A DNA stretch of 62,582 nucleotides, the filler included, from Choristocarpus tenellus KU-1152 (lineage: Eukaryota > Protista > Phaeophyceae): NCBI GenBank assembly GCA_964200185.2. It is 10 parts of 10 records of this genome, joined end to end, with 100 filler letters (N's around TTAATTAATTAA, not from the genome) between each part and the next. Parts side by side here need not be neighbours in the genome. Positions count along the whole stretch, not along the records: positions 1 to 4,363 come from CAXNAD020014909.1; positions 4,464 to 14,497 come from CAXNAD020003193.1; 8 more parts are not named here. The stretch is one strand, 5' to 3'. This document shows, in pieces, positions 1 through 12,200 of the stretch. Position numbers and translations under genes: made by a program. The notes beneath the pieces are model-generated. The model saw only the letters and a program-made list of their open reading frames with translations, was not told the origin of the DNA and ran no database searches. The first letter of the stretch is position 1; each line of letters starts with the position of its first letter.

Positions 1-2812
1 TCCCCCTCCAGATAAATTGAGCCGCGTTCCTTTAGACAACCCTTGAGTCAGCTGTCGAGCAGTTATCTAATCTACCCAGTAATGTGGTACATTTATTTAA
101 AAAAAAATCGTGAATGGCGTTTAATATTTTTGTATATATTCCTTCTCTGGATTGAAATGTAACATAGACTTTTTCTAATTTGAAAAAAAAAAATGCTGGT
201 GTTCCTCTTTTGCTCGAGACACTTGATCACCATCTGATGTAAACAGAAAAAAAAGTACTCCAATTGTGCAGTGGGTTCTGAATGTGCTCCCGTTTTGACC
301 TGTTTGTTGCGAACCCTCTGGCTCCTGCTGCGCCTCTCTTTTACAGCTCATGAACACGCCTGCGGAGGACGTAGAACCTGCTCTTCGGGCTGCCTGTGAT
401 GCCTCCAAGAAGTTGAAGTCTAGGAACAGGGGCGGCGGAGAAGGAGAAGAGGAGGAGGAGGAAGAGGAGGAGGAGGAGGAGGATGTAGGGGAATATTCTG
501 GGGAAGAGAGGGAGGGAGTAGAAGTAGATTGGGAGGAGGGTGAGGAGAAGGATTCAGCAGAATTGGACATGGCAGGAAGGGGGGAGGTATCACCGAGGGA
601 AGTGGCACCTAAGGTCGAGCTTGATGAGAGGGAGCGGGCTCGAGCGTTGGAGTACAAGGAGATATTGAAAGCCGACCTTGAGGTGCCTCCGGGCCTTTGA
701 TAGAGAAGTGGATTGATTTCATTGCAGTGCTTCAGTTGAGGTTTTACTTTGGAGTAGTTGAAGGCTAAAGGAAGCAGTCACCTTTGCTACCCCTCCCCCC
801 ACCTCTCCCTGCACCAGACAACCTTCCTGTTCCGCCCTAGTAGTTTTTGTGTTCTTTTCCTGGTAAAAATGAGTCGGTATGGGCTATGCATGGGGTGAAA
901 TTGGGGAGGTGCTGTTGTTGTCGTACTGATTGTGTAGGGAGTGTGTCCGGAAGTATCTCCTCTTTGCCGTTGAGTCGTGGAGTCTGCCTTTCTTCTGTTT
1001 TATGATGTTTTCCTCTCTTTCCCGCCACAGTGGTTACAATGATATATGCTAACATAGTCTATTTTCTATATATTTTATATATTATGTGTGAGAGTACTTC
1101 GAAATATTTCAAAAAAGTGTAATTATGTACACAGTAGTGGGCACACAAAGCATTTCACTATGCTTCGATCTTGAATATAAAAAAACTTACACCCAATTCA
1201 GTTTCAAAACACATGAGCGGTACATGCAACATCTTTTTCTTGTTCAAGGTCTCTTAGAACCGTTTCAGCGGTATCATAACGCACCACAAAAAAAGGAACA
1301 TTGATACCGTATTGATACCGTATCCTCCAGCGGAATTGAATGGACCTGGTGAGATACTGAGTTGTATTTCTTTTCCCCCTTTTCCCCATAGGACCCGAAA
1401 ATGTGTCACAAAGCTGCTGGCGTCCTATCTGAAGCAGTGTATGTCAGTGCATTAACTCGGGGGTTTCTTTCTACCCCTTACCCTTCTTCGTAGATACACT
1501 GAATTATTCTTTTTGTTCTGTTTTGTTCTCCACTCACTTTTTTTCTTTATTTGGACTCAAATCCAACGACCTTAAAACGACGCTATGGGGGCGTTGCCCT
1601 TTACAACGGGTTGTAGGGGGTCAGATGTCCTTCTATTGTTGATATTCCACTGAGTGCTAAGCTCAAAGCTCGACTCAAACTTTCGTTCAAGGTAAAAGTA
1701 AGGACTGGGTGCATAAGTCGGGTGATGGATTGACCAAGAGCCCTCTTATTGTTTTTATCATCCACCCAATTTCTTTGGTCTTCTATCAACTGCTCTATAG
1801 GTACTCTAATCATAACCTTTATTTTGTAACTTCTTAGGGACTTTGACATTTTCTGATGCAATGTTACGTACGCATTACGAATCTTACTCTGTATCTTCTA
1901 CGAAATCAGCTTTTATTCTGTAAGGCTACCTATGTGTTACTAATATCGTATACTGTTCGCACTTGTTACAGCGCGAGAAACAATCCTCGCACTATTCGTC
2001 TGTCACAAATGTTCGTGTTTGCTAAAACATGAGAAGAAATGCTCGCGCTATTCGCGTGTAACAAATGCTCGCGCTTTGTTAGAACACAAGAAGAATGCTC
2101 GCGCTGTTCGCCTGTAACAAATACGCCCTGGTCCCTGAGGAGACACAACAACAAGAAAGCAGAATTCAGTAGATAAACAGTGGTGGTTGCGGTTGGTGCA
2201 CAAAGTCAAAAGGCGTTATCGGATGTGGTTGGTGTGGTCAAGGTCGCTTTGGTGTGACGGGTCGTGGCTACTTTGACAGGGTATCCATAAAGTGTTTTGC
2301 TCCAACCTCCACACGTTTGTGCCACTTGTTTGAGTCTTCTCAAGAAAAACTCACTGGTCACCTGTGATTTCGAAAGGCTTAAGGTTTTCTTGGAGACACA
2401 ACCACCAGTTTTTCTTTGGACCTTCCTTTTCGCCCTTTGGTTTCTGAGTGTTGAGTTCTCCAAGATTGGGGTCCTTTGGCATTCGAACTACAACCCATTG
2501 TACTTGCCTTGGCGAGTTTGGATACGAAACCAGATTTCCTACAATAGAAGTCTGACGTCGATGGGATTCGAACCCCCGAAATTCATGTAGGAAAAATTCA
2601 TCTTAAGAAATATTTTAATCTGTCAATGGCGCGCGCCGCGTGCATGCGCTGAAGTCAAGTTGCACATCAAACTGCACGAAAAGGAACAACAAAGGACCTA
2701 GAGTGGATTGTAGTAGAGGGGTGGGTGGGAACTGTGGGGTACAGGAGAATCTACTCAGTCGATTGAGAAGACTCCTTGTTCCAGCTTCCAACCGCTATTT
2801 GAAACAGGAGTG

Positions 2813-3104
2813 ATGGAATCGCCAAGGCGGCGTGGTCTAGGGAGATCTCGCTTGGCATTGTGTGTCCTGAGCCTTACCATGTGCGAGTCGGTTGTGTCTT
2901 CGTTCGGACTCAGCCCACCTACTATGGCATCCACTGTTAGTGGGGTTCCTTCAATGAATCTGCAGGATATAGCACAGAAAGTAGTTATACCGGAGACCAG
3001 AGTGGCTGGGGAACCGATAACCCCTTCAACTCTGTCAGAAGACTCGTCACACTTTCCTCCCCTACCACAACATCCACCACCTGTTCTTCCCTCCCTAGAA
3101 AATG
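2813..3104 (+). CDS. First exon of a plastid-targeted protein, possibly uroporphyrinogen decarboxylase (rest of gene not found in this contig)
   Basis: ATG 2813; hydrophobic signal LALCVLSLTMCESVVSS-FGLSPP (ASAF-like bipartite motif); Ser/Pro-rich transit region; GTGAGT donor at 3105 after LPSLEN-G (phase 1), resembling the UROD N-terminus P-x-L-K-N-D-L-L-L-R-A. The product call rests on very few residues. Confidence 0.4.
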
Positions 3105-4363
3105 GTGAGTCACAGATGACCTGAAAAACACGGAAAATGCCCCAGTCGTGTTTGTAACTCGTTCGTAGGTCCTGGCTACTGTTGTTGGTGTTATTTTTGC
3201 TTGCAATTATGGTCAAGTACGTGCGTGGTGATGAGGTGTATTGACTATGCCTGTGCTGTGGAACGACTGATGTATGACCTCGATGAACTAAGTATGAGTA
3301 CCCCGGGTTTTCATTATTGCGCCTCTTCTTCTAACCCGTGATGCGTTGACCTTCACTTGTCCACGGTCTCACCTATGCACCACATGGCCGCCGATCTTCG
3401 TCGCCTTGGGAGACTCTCTCTGTCTCAAGTTGCCTTGAGTATTGCGTTTCGTCTATTTATCCACACCTGTAAATCCCATGGCATTAGTCAAAGTCACTTT
3501 TCGAGCGTTGCTCTTTATCTACTATGAAGATCTCACGAGCATGTGCTGCGTTCGGTATACCCAAGAAACTTTTTTGTAGTCGATAATGACCGGCCCCGGT
3601 ATATACTAGCTGCCCGAATAGCCCCGCACGACTAGAGGATGTGAGCTTATTGTCTCGCCATGTGCAATTGGACCGTGATTCCATCACCTGTCGCCACTCC
3701 CTGAGACCGTCGGTTAAATTTATGCGCACCTCACCCGTGTGATCAAGCAAGATACTCTCGAAATGGTCTTGCACACTTGCAATATCCTAGAAGTCTAGGA
3801 TATAGAGAGGGATGTTGTGATGGACACGACGCCCTGTCAGCAAAAAAAGACCCTAGTTTGTTGCTCTTGGTCATGTCGCAACAGACAACAGCAACCACTG
3901 TAACTCTTTGTGGGAAAATGCATATCGTGTTGTGTTTTGACTCCATTTAGTTACTCATACGAGGTAGAGATCTACTATTTTCTTGTGCCTGCTTGACCAG
4001 GTTGCTAGTGCAGGTGAAGGTTTTGGCGGTATTTCCAACTTGTGTCAACCCTTTTCCTGCGTTCTGAGGTCGGCTTTCGCTCGCTCTTTTTGTCATTGAG
4101 GATGCTATGTTATTTACAAAGGGGTTTGTTTCCCATAGAAGAACGTGCTTTCAGCCAACCTCCTGTATAATACTTAGAAATACACCTGTTTGTTTTTCCC
4201 CATGTGATGAGATTGTATCAACTTCTAGAAGAGTGTGGTGGCGAGTTTCGAATTAGAATCTTACAATTCTTGCAGCTGTAATAACGATGAAATGGATGGT
4301 TTGTCGTCAGATAATTGGTAATTGATAAGAGCAGCAACCATGTGTACAAAAGCATTTGTCACT

Positions 4364-4463
4364 NNNNNNNNNNNNNNNNNNNNNNNNNNNNNNNNNNNNN
4401 NNNNNNNTTAATTAATTAANNNNNNNNNNNNNNNNNNNNNNNNNNNNNNNNNNNNNNNNNNNN
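4364..4463. other. Artificial contig linker (N44-TTAATTAATTAA-N44)
   Basis: The same 100-bp spacer, with stops in all six frames, occurs nine times. Confidence 0.98.
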
Positions 4464-5731
4464 GGGGAAGGGGTAGGGGTAGGGGTAGGGGTAGGCACCT
4501 CTATAGTCCTTCCGATTCATCAAAAAAGGTTGTGTCGCGAATAATCTAAATCCACTCGAACGTCAGAAGTTTGCCGACTGTCCAAAAGACTGGCTGGTAG
4601 GAAGGCCTTGGATGTAACCAATACAAACTCGTTATGCTGTCATGTTTCGTTGTATTCTTTGCCTTGAATAGTTCTACATATTTTGTGTATATATATTATT
4701 ATGCTCTCTGGTATTTTGTAGATGTGTCAGGGTAAAAGCCAACTCACTATCATAAGAACTCCTGTAAAAGTAACAATTGTCGAAATTGTGAAAGATATTT
4801 TTCTATCATCTATTTACAATTTGACTACCAGCTATGCTACACCACTCCCCTCCTATGCCTCCAACCAAGCTTTGCCAAACACCATAGGGCGAGAAAGTAG
4901 CAAAGCATCCCAAGAATCTGACAGACTTCCCCTTGCCCATCTCCCTGGTGTCTCCAGCTTGAAACACATGACACGTCTTGATAGAACCACTTTTGTTGTG
5001 ACAGACGTATGTAGTATGTTGCTATGTTGCTATATTGCTATGTTGCTTCCATGTCTTCTTGAACAGAGCAACAATCTCTATCATCTTCGAAAATAATGAA
5101 ATCTTTTGATCGCCTTAAATATACTCAAACTTCCACACCATCTACGATGTATGGTGAACAAAGACGGTACAGGTAATATTAACGCCATCACAGAACACAT
5201 TATTATGGGTTGGCGTAACAGTCTTTCTGGGACGGTAATGTATAATGTCTAAAGCACGTTCATATTAGTGAGCGTGACAGTTTATTACGTTCGCAAAAAT
5301 CTCATTATCATGTTTCTAGAACGATGGTAGTGACTGTGGCGATGTATGCACGTGCTAAAAAAAGGTTGTGTAAGGAACGGAGGTATGAAATCATATAGTA
5401 GGCATAGGATAGGTATCAACACGAACACGTTTATCAAATGGCAAGCGTGTTAACCTATCACCACACAGATTGTTGTATGTCACCTACCATGTAGAAAGTG
5501 TATCCGTTTTCGATCTTATTAAGGTTGTGGCTAATGGATTGCTGACGTTGAGATGTCCAACAGGGCCTACCTGTTCTTCACGAGGAATCTCTTGGTGACC
5601 ACCTTCTAGAACATTTTTTTCTGTTAATAAAATAGCAATTCCTCGTGCGAATGAGACTGTGCGCGCACACACACAACTGCGTGATGTGCGCGCGATTGGT
5701 GTGATTTGATCTCTCGTTCGAGCATCTTATC

Positions 5732-7433
5732 ATGTCTGGAATGGTGGTTGGAATGGCTGCTTCTGTTCCGCGTTCCTTCCTTGCTCCGAGATTTTCCAGA
5801 CCATGCATCAGGTGGTGTGGACTAAATTCAAACCTTCGAACCTTGTGTTCTTCTTCGTCGGACAAGGGAACCGATTCAATAAAAGGAACTGCAAACGTCG
5901 ATGCAACACCAAACTCAGTTGAAGAGATCACTGGGTCTAAGGAAGCACCAATTTCCCAAACAGGAGTGAATGGTGGAAATGGAGAATCTGGGAAAAGGAG
6001 TGGTGGGAGCGGAAGGGGACCACTGACTTGGGGGGCCGTGGGTTTACTGGGCATTGCTGGTGTGGCATTAGGGCAATACTACCAGTCTGAGAAGGAGAAA
6101 CAAAAATCACTGGTGGTATCACAGGTCAATTCCACAGGAAAGCCTGCTCTTGGAGGTCCTTGGACCCTAGTCGACATTAATGGTTGTCCCAAAACGGATA
6201 AGGATTATCATGGGCAATATGTCTTGTTGTACTTCGGATTCGCTCACTGTCCTGACATTTGCCCATCTGAGCTCGTTAAGGTGGGTGCCATCGCTCAGAA
6301 GATCGAGGCGAGCTTGGGACCTGGAACGCTCAAGCCTGTATTCGTGTCCGTCGATCCAGACAGAGACAGCTTGCGGCAGTTACGGCACTATGCGCAGGAC
6401 TTCCATCAAAGGCAAGTGATCCCTGTCGTCTCTTGAGAGCAGCCCAAGGCAACATTCATGGCCTGCTTCTGCCCCTTTTTTCGGTTCCTCTGAGACCAGA
6501 TTATGCCATATTCATAGCAGATGTCTCTAAAGATGTACCGTGTAAGATCGAACATTTCCGCTATCTTCTCTACCTTGTCATCTTCGGCCTGGTGCTGATG
6601 AGGTTGGACTCTAGGGTGTGAGATCGCTGCAAACCAACCGTAAAACAAGGTAACCATTGTTCACTATGTGACCATAATATAGTTTTCTACTCTCACCTCT
6701 GTGTCCAGCATTGAATATTTGACAGGTACGAAGGAGCAGGTGGCAAGGGCAGCCAAGTCCTATCGCGTATACTTCTCAAAGACGGATGAACATGAAGAGG
6801 GAGAAGATTACCTTGTCGACCACTCCATTGTACTCTACCTTCTAGCCCCCGATGGTGAATTCCTGGACTTCTTCACTCAACGCACCACGGTAAGCGATTT
6901 ACATGGAGTTACAGCCTACTCACCCTCTTGGTACAGTGTTGTGGACAACAAAATCATATTAGCATCACCACTGAACATTTTGTATGGTGGCATTACAGAG
7001 GAGGCATACATGTTTTGCTGTACCTATGTACAGGCTGACTCCCATGTGAGTGCAGCATGCAATCAGCATGGCACAGTAGTACTTCACAAGATCAGGTGTA
7101 TCTTCTAGATGTAGTTAACTATAGTAAGCTGTATGCTCACATATGTGAATACCTCGCTTTGTCCCTGTCACTTCAGAGTGAACCGTCTACTGCAGTGCAG
7201 GAAGGCTTTATTACATATGTTTTTGGCATTTGGTATTGAATAGAGTGGAGTCCATCTTTTCAAGACCATCAGCAATTCCTACATCCTTGAATATAATTAC
7301 AGCTATGCCTTGAACCACCTTATGTCCAATATGAGTGCTCTATACCTCATCCCACCTTTTTCCACTTTTGACATCACAGATTTCTGACTGTGTAAAGAGC
7401 ATCACAGGACATGTAACATCAGCAAGACCATGA
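5732..7433 (+). CDS. SCO1: Mitochondrial cytochrome c oxidase copper chaperone SCO1/SenC; exons 5732-6411, 6709-6889, 7380-7433
   Basis: Arg/Ser-rich presequence, single TM (LTWGAVGLLGIAGVALG), GKPALGGPWTLVD, YFGFAHCPDICP (CxxxC), FVSVDPDRD, LTGTKEQV, YLVDHSIVLYL (conserved His). Splice phases are consistent; intron 1 has a GC donor. Confidence 0.95.
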
Positions 7434-7810
7434 GACTTAAGCTATGCTTAGTGGGTCATGGACAAGAAACTCATTGTCCATATGGGTTCCTGAGGTATTG
7501 CAGTTCTGCCTACTGAATAGTCAAGAGGAGACACCCATGACATGGCCTACTATTGAAGACAAGAGTCTACAGGCTGTGTGTATCAAAATGATGTCAATGA
7601 CCAAGAAGGGGGAAGAGATTTAATTGAGCAACGTGTAATACAGTCTGAGTGGAAGTCGTTAAAGAGATTATTTCAGAAAACTTAGTGCTTCAACACAAGA
7701 GATACCCTGCCCTCACACGGGTGATGCAGAGGGACATGAAATCTAGTAGCTCCCATGCCTTTGCCATACACCATGGGTCAAGGGAGAATGTTCTGTATAT
7801 ATTATAACGA

Positions 7811-9160
7811 TCAAGAGGGTATACCTCTTTCAGCAGAAAAACATGAGCTATCATGTACAGCAAGCCTTGGGATTTCAGACTCAGACTGCAACAAACTATT
7901 AGTGTGACTGACTACACCCATATCCTCTAACTCCTCAAGTGTTCCTTCACCCTCCTCCACAGACACTGACGAGGTGATTGGCGGTACTACAGCTGCTTTC
8001 GCCCCAACAGCAAGCCATTGCATTTGCTCTCTCACTCGATGGATAGAGTCTTCTAAACTAGACAATGCTTCCCCAACTGTATTATGAGTTGATGCTGAAG
8101 GGGGTACCAGCACAGCTGGTCTTCTATTCTCTGACAACGTGGTATTGGCAGGTGTTGATTGTAGGGCAACGGCCTTCTCTGATCCCTTTGCATTCTGAAG
8201 AGACTGGATATAGACGTTGGGGTCTTCTCTCGACACTTCAGATCCACTACAGGACCATGGCACCTGTCGACGCACACACTTATCTCCAGCGCAGCCTTCC
8301 CCCAGCTGCGAATCCAGCAAGTTCTCCCGCTCGCTCACGCCTGTAAGTATCTCCACCCTGTGCTTTAGGAGGGCTACTTGGTTCAGGAGGTGTTTGTTCT
8401 CTATGCGAAGCCGCGAGCACTCCCCTCTTGCCTTCTCCGCAAGGTCTACATTGCCTTCCCGTCCTTGCTTACGGGCATGACGTCTCTCCTGGTCTTTGTA
8501 CCTGCTAACCTGGAGTCAGTGCAGTAGGATGATGCACATAAGTCAGCTTCAGCGCAGGTCCCGTCGTAGTAGCTTTGACATCTAAAACGAGATGTGGCAC
8601 ACTTTGATTTTCCGTGATGTGTTAGGGGGTTATCTTTGCATCGACCACTTGTGTTGCCCTCAAATGCATTGGGATCGAGTCTCAAGGGTACGGCAGTTGG
8701 AGAACGGATGCTCTCATTAATGCAATCCAGCTCAGGTTCTGACTGTAAAATAAACAAGGTGTTGCATACGTCTTGCCTGCTTATCCAGGAAGGTCGTCTT
8801 GTCCTGGATGGCAACCACCCTACCCACTGTTGTTCGACTCAGGTCCTTCGCTGCATCCAGGGCCCCTTGCCCAAGCCGGCACCTAGAACGTACGGAATCA
8901 GATCCCTTCAGATGATCGATTTGAACTCTCTCCAGCTCTATCTTCAGCAGATGTGCGGTCTGCAGAAAACAGACAAGGAGGGCAGATAACATTAACTTTG
9001 CAATTGTCGTTGTCCTTTATTCTTGTCATGAGAACAGAGAGTGACATTAGATTTATTCGAATCATTAAGATCCATTCTATATGTTTCGGAGAAACTGTTC
9101 ACAACCCCCAAAATGAATCACCTCGAGAGCTTCTGTTCTGGCTGAGGAATTTGACGGCAT
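7811..9160 (-). CDS. Unknown coiled-coil protein, multi-exon (9160-9122, 8959-~8780, ~8502-7811; middle structure uncertain)
   Basis: ATG 9160 MPSNSSARTEALE|gt splices in phase to cag|TAHLLKIELERVQIDHL. The long last exon is heptad-like (ECSRLRIENKHLLNQVALLKHRVEIL; LSSLEDSIHRVREQM). Confidence 0.45.
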
Positions 9161-9295
9161 GACAACTCAACGATCACCCCTTTCTTGACTTGATTATGGA
9201 GGAAGGTTGAAAGTTGATTGAAAAGACGCCTCCATATACACATAACACATAAAACGGTTATTGACATAACGAAGACATGTGAGAGGGTGAAAACA

Positions 9296-12200
9296 ATGGG
9301 AGATCCTTGTGAACCCTATCCAGAGAAAAGAAAAAAGCGTGAGGCGAAGAAAAAGAGACGATTTAACTCCCATGGAGATGATAGGGAAGAACTGCTCCAC
9401 CTATCCTCCTCTTACGAGGAAAATGAAGCCAAGAGCCTGGAGGAAGAACAGAAAGCTCGAGTTCGAGAGAGTCCTGAACACTCTGGGTGTTTACTAGAGG
9501 GGTGTTATGGGGAGGTGGGTGGCTGTTGCAATGAGGGCGACCCCTCTGGACAGATAGAGTGCAAATGTAGCACCGGGAAGGCCGAGGGCAGCATTGAAGA
9601 GATGAATCAATTCGGTGCTTGCGGAGTCTGCTTGGAGGACGGTGTTCTTCGACATTGTTGCATGAGATACTTTTGTAAGCATTGCTACCAGATTACTGGT
9701 AACTGTCCTGGTTGCTACGTTATTACAACGGGCTCTACAAATGTTTGGTTGACGAACAAAGTAACAGAGGAGACTGGTGCAACAGCGGAGATCAAGGATG
9801 GAGAGGAGTGTCGTTCTTGTCTTCGCCAAGGGTTCCAGCGCAAGTGTTGTGGGGAGTTCTACTGTAGTGACTGCTACTTTAGCTCTGGCCACTGTCCAAG
9901 TTGTCAGAAACCTGCGGAACGGCGAATCCAGTACGAGAAGATACCTCGGGACCCTGGCATGATACCTGTCCTCTTAGGATATCTGGTCACTCTCCTGGTT
10001 TGCTTGGCCATGCTGGCTTGTGTCGCCCTGATAGTTGCCAACAACAACAGCCTGCCATTAACAGTATTTGAGCAAACTTGCTACGGTTTCTTCCCTGAAT
10101 GCATCGCAGATGTGAAATGTGCTGAGTTTGTAGGGAATATATCGGATGGTATAGCTCCCATCACCGAGTGGGATGTCTGTGATGACAAGACAACTGTGAA
10201 CAAGGTGTACGGCACCTACTGCATCTATGACAAGCAGGTACGCATGTCCACGATCTGATGAAGTGCATGGTGACAGTCTACCATATGCAAGGCTTCCATA
10301 TTGGTCTCCTCAGCGAAACAGTATCACGACATGGTCTAGAATGTTGTATATCACCAATATATGACCATTTCCCGACAGAGTTGACAGTTTTCCTGCACCC
10401 TCTACACCTTCACTATTGACTGCCTCAAGTTCAACCTTGTATGTGTATGTAAAGGTATTCGTTTACTCTGAAAAAAAATGGGGCTTCGACTTCTGCAAGG
10501 GAGATTTTCTGGAGATGTATAATGGTGTTCACGTCTTCGAGGATACTTTTGAGCTGTGGGATGGAGTAAATGCCTCTTCCGTAACCATGGCCTCAGCCCG
10601 CTGGCACCATGTCACCAACGGACAATTGTCATTGGCCTGTGGAGCATATGCTGGTGATGGAGCACTGTATTTTTCAGGCGCTAACTTCCGTGAGGCTGAG
10701 ACCTTAGATGTGGATGCTAGGTCAGATCTTGTGCTGCTGATGTGAAAAGCAAACATGTTATTTTGGGACTTGGACTTGGACTTGGTCAGATCTTGTGGCA
10801 GGTGAAATTTGAACGATCGTTGAACAAGGATGAACACATGTTTTAGGGGTTGATATCCCGATGCCCTTGAGAACAGGAGTATGATTGCACGGGAATGGAC
10901 CAGATGCGCTTCAGAATATAAACTAGAATGGAATTGTGTGGGAATTAACTGCTTTCGGGGAGTCTTTTTTTTTTCTAGTAATACTCCTCTTTCTTCGGAT
11001 TGTTCCCTGTTTAGGTATGGGGGGAAGCTGGTGTTCCACATGAAGATGGGGCCATCTGTTACGGACGCCTCTATGGTCACCTGCAAGCCTGCATTTGGCG
11101 GAAATGTCTACATCTACCATTCATTTGACAGTGGTGTCAGCTGGAATTTGCTCGCTGCCCTTGAAACATGGAATTATCGGAGTGAATTCTTCCGCAAGGT
11201 TTGACAGACAATGCAATCCACATATCATGTCACGAAGTCAAACTTTTTTTTATGTTCCTGATACATTAAATATCTCAGACAGAGCTCTGCCGGAGACATG
11301 ATTTAAACCTCGCACTATCTTCTACAACTACGCCTTTAAGGAAAGGAAAACCTTGAGTCTTCTACGTGTGTAAGAAATTCACCAAGGATGTAGTGGTCCA
11401 ACCACTACTCCTTTGAAGTTTTGTATTTCCACCACCCCCCTGCTTTCGTGGTGGCAGGTGGAAGTGGAAGTCCCATCTGGACAGAACAGCAGCTCCGTGC
11501 GATTCAAATGGAAGCAGGAGGATTTTGAGAATGCATTTGAACACTGGGCTCTGGATGATGTACAGGTGAGTTGATCTCCCATGGAGTTGCATTGCCACCC
11601 AATTGAGTTGTGTCTTGAGAGGCAGAGCAGTGGAACCCTCTTGTATCATTGGCATATCTTGTCTGCGCTGACTACCCACTACACGTTGCATTAGCTGCAC
11701 GATTTAACAGCAAAGGAGGGACACAGTAGCTCCACAAGGAGCAAAGGTGATGTCAATCTCAAACGGATTGTGATGTAGACTTCACATAGTGTGAGCTACA
11801 GAGTGACACATTCTCAAGACCATGGAGAGGATTGCTCTGCCTATCAAGGATGGAGCTCTAAGAAAATAAAGGCCTCACCTCGCCCTCATCCCGAATGTCC
11901 ACCACAGATCTTGAGTTACTTTCCAAGTGGATGGCACAATGATACAGGGTTTGACGCACTGGTGGAAAGTGAAGAACAGATTCTGAGGGAGATCAAATGC
12001 TGCCTCAACAGTGAGCAGTGTGACCTCAGTAAGAGCAAGCAGGAGGACATAGACTGCTCAATATATAAGACAAAAACGTCCAACATGCGAGCACTCATGG
12101 GTGCAGAACTCTTTGTGGTGAGGCCAGCATGTAGAGTATGCACCTTGGTGAGTTTTGTGTGACATACATACACATTGGAGCTCACGGTATTATGATGCGC

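Noticed and set aside
175-700. Glu-rich/Ser-rich/Pro-rich overlapping ORFs
   Set aside because: All derive from a (GAG/GAA)n purine tract. It could be a real acidic exon or TE ORF, but no product can be supported.
2550-2590. tRNA-like B-box/T-arm (minus strand GGTTCGAATCCC); similar motifs near 33575-33600 and 62485-62500
   Set aside because: No A-box, D-arm or anticodon arm, and no acceptor-stem pairing found; at most SINE or tRNA debris.
4464-4495. (GGGGTA)n at contig start as a true telomere
   Set aside because: Short, not the TTAGGG unit, and G-rich at a 5' end, which is the wrong orientation for a chromosome end.
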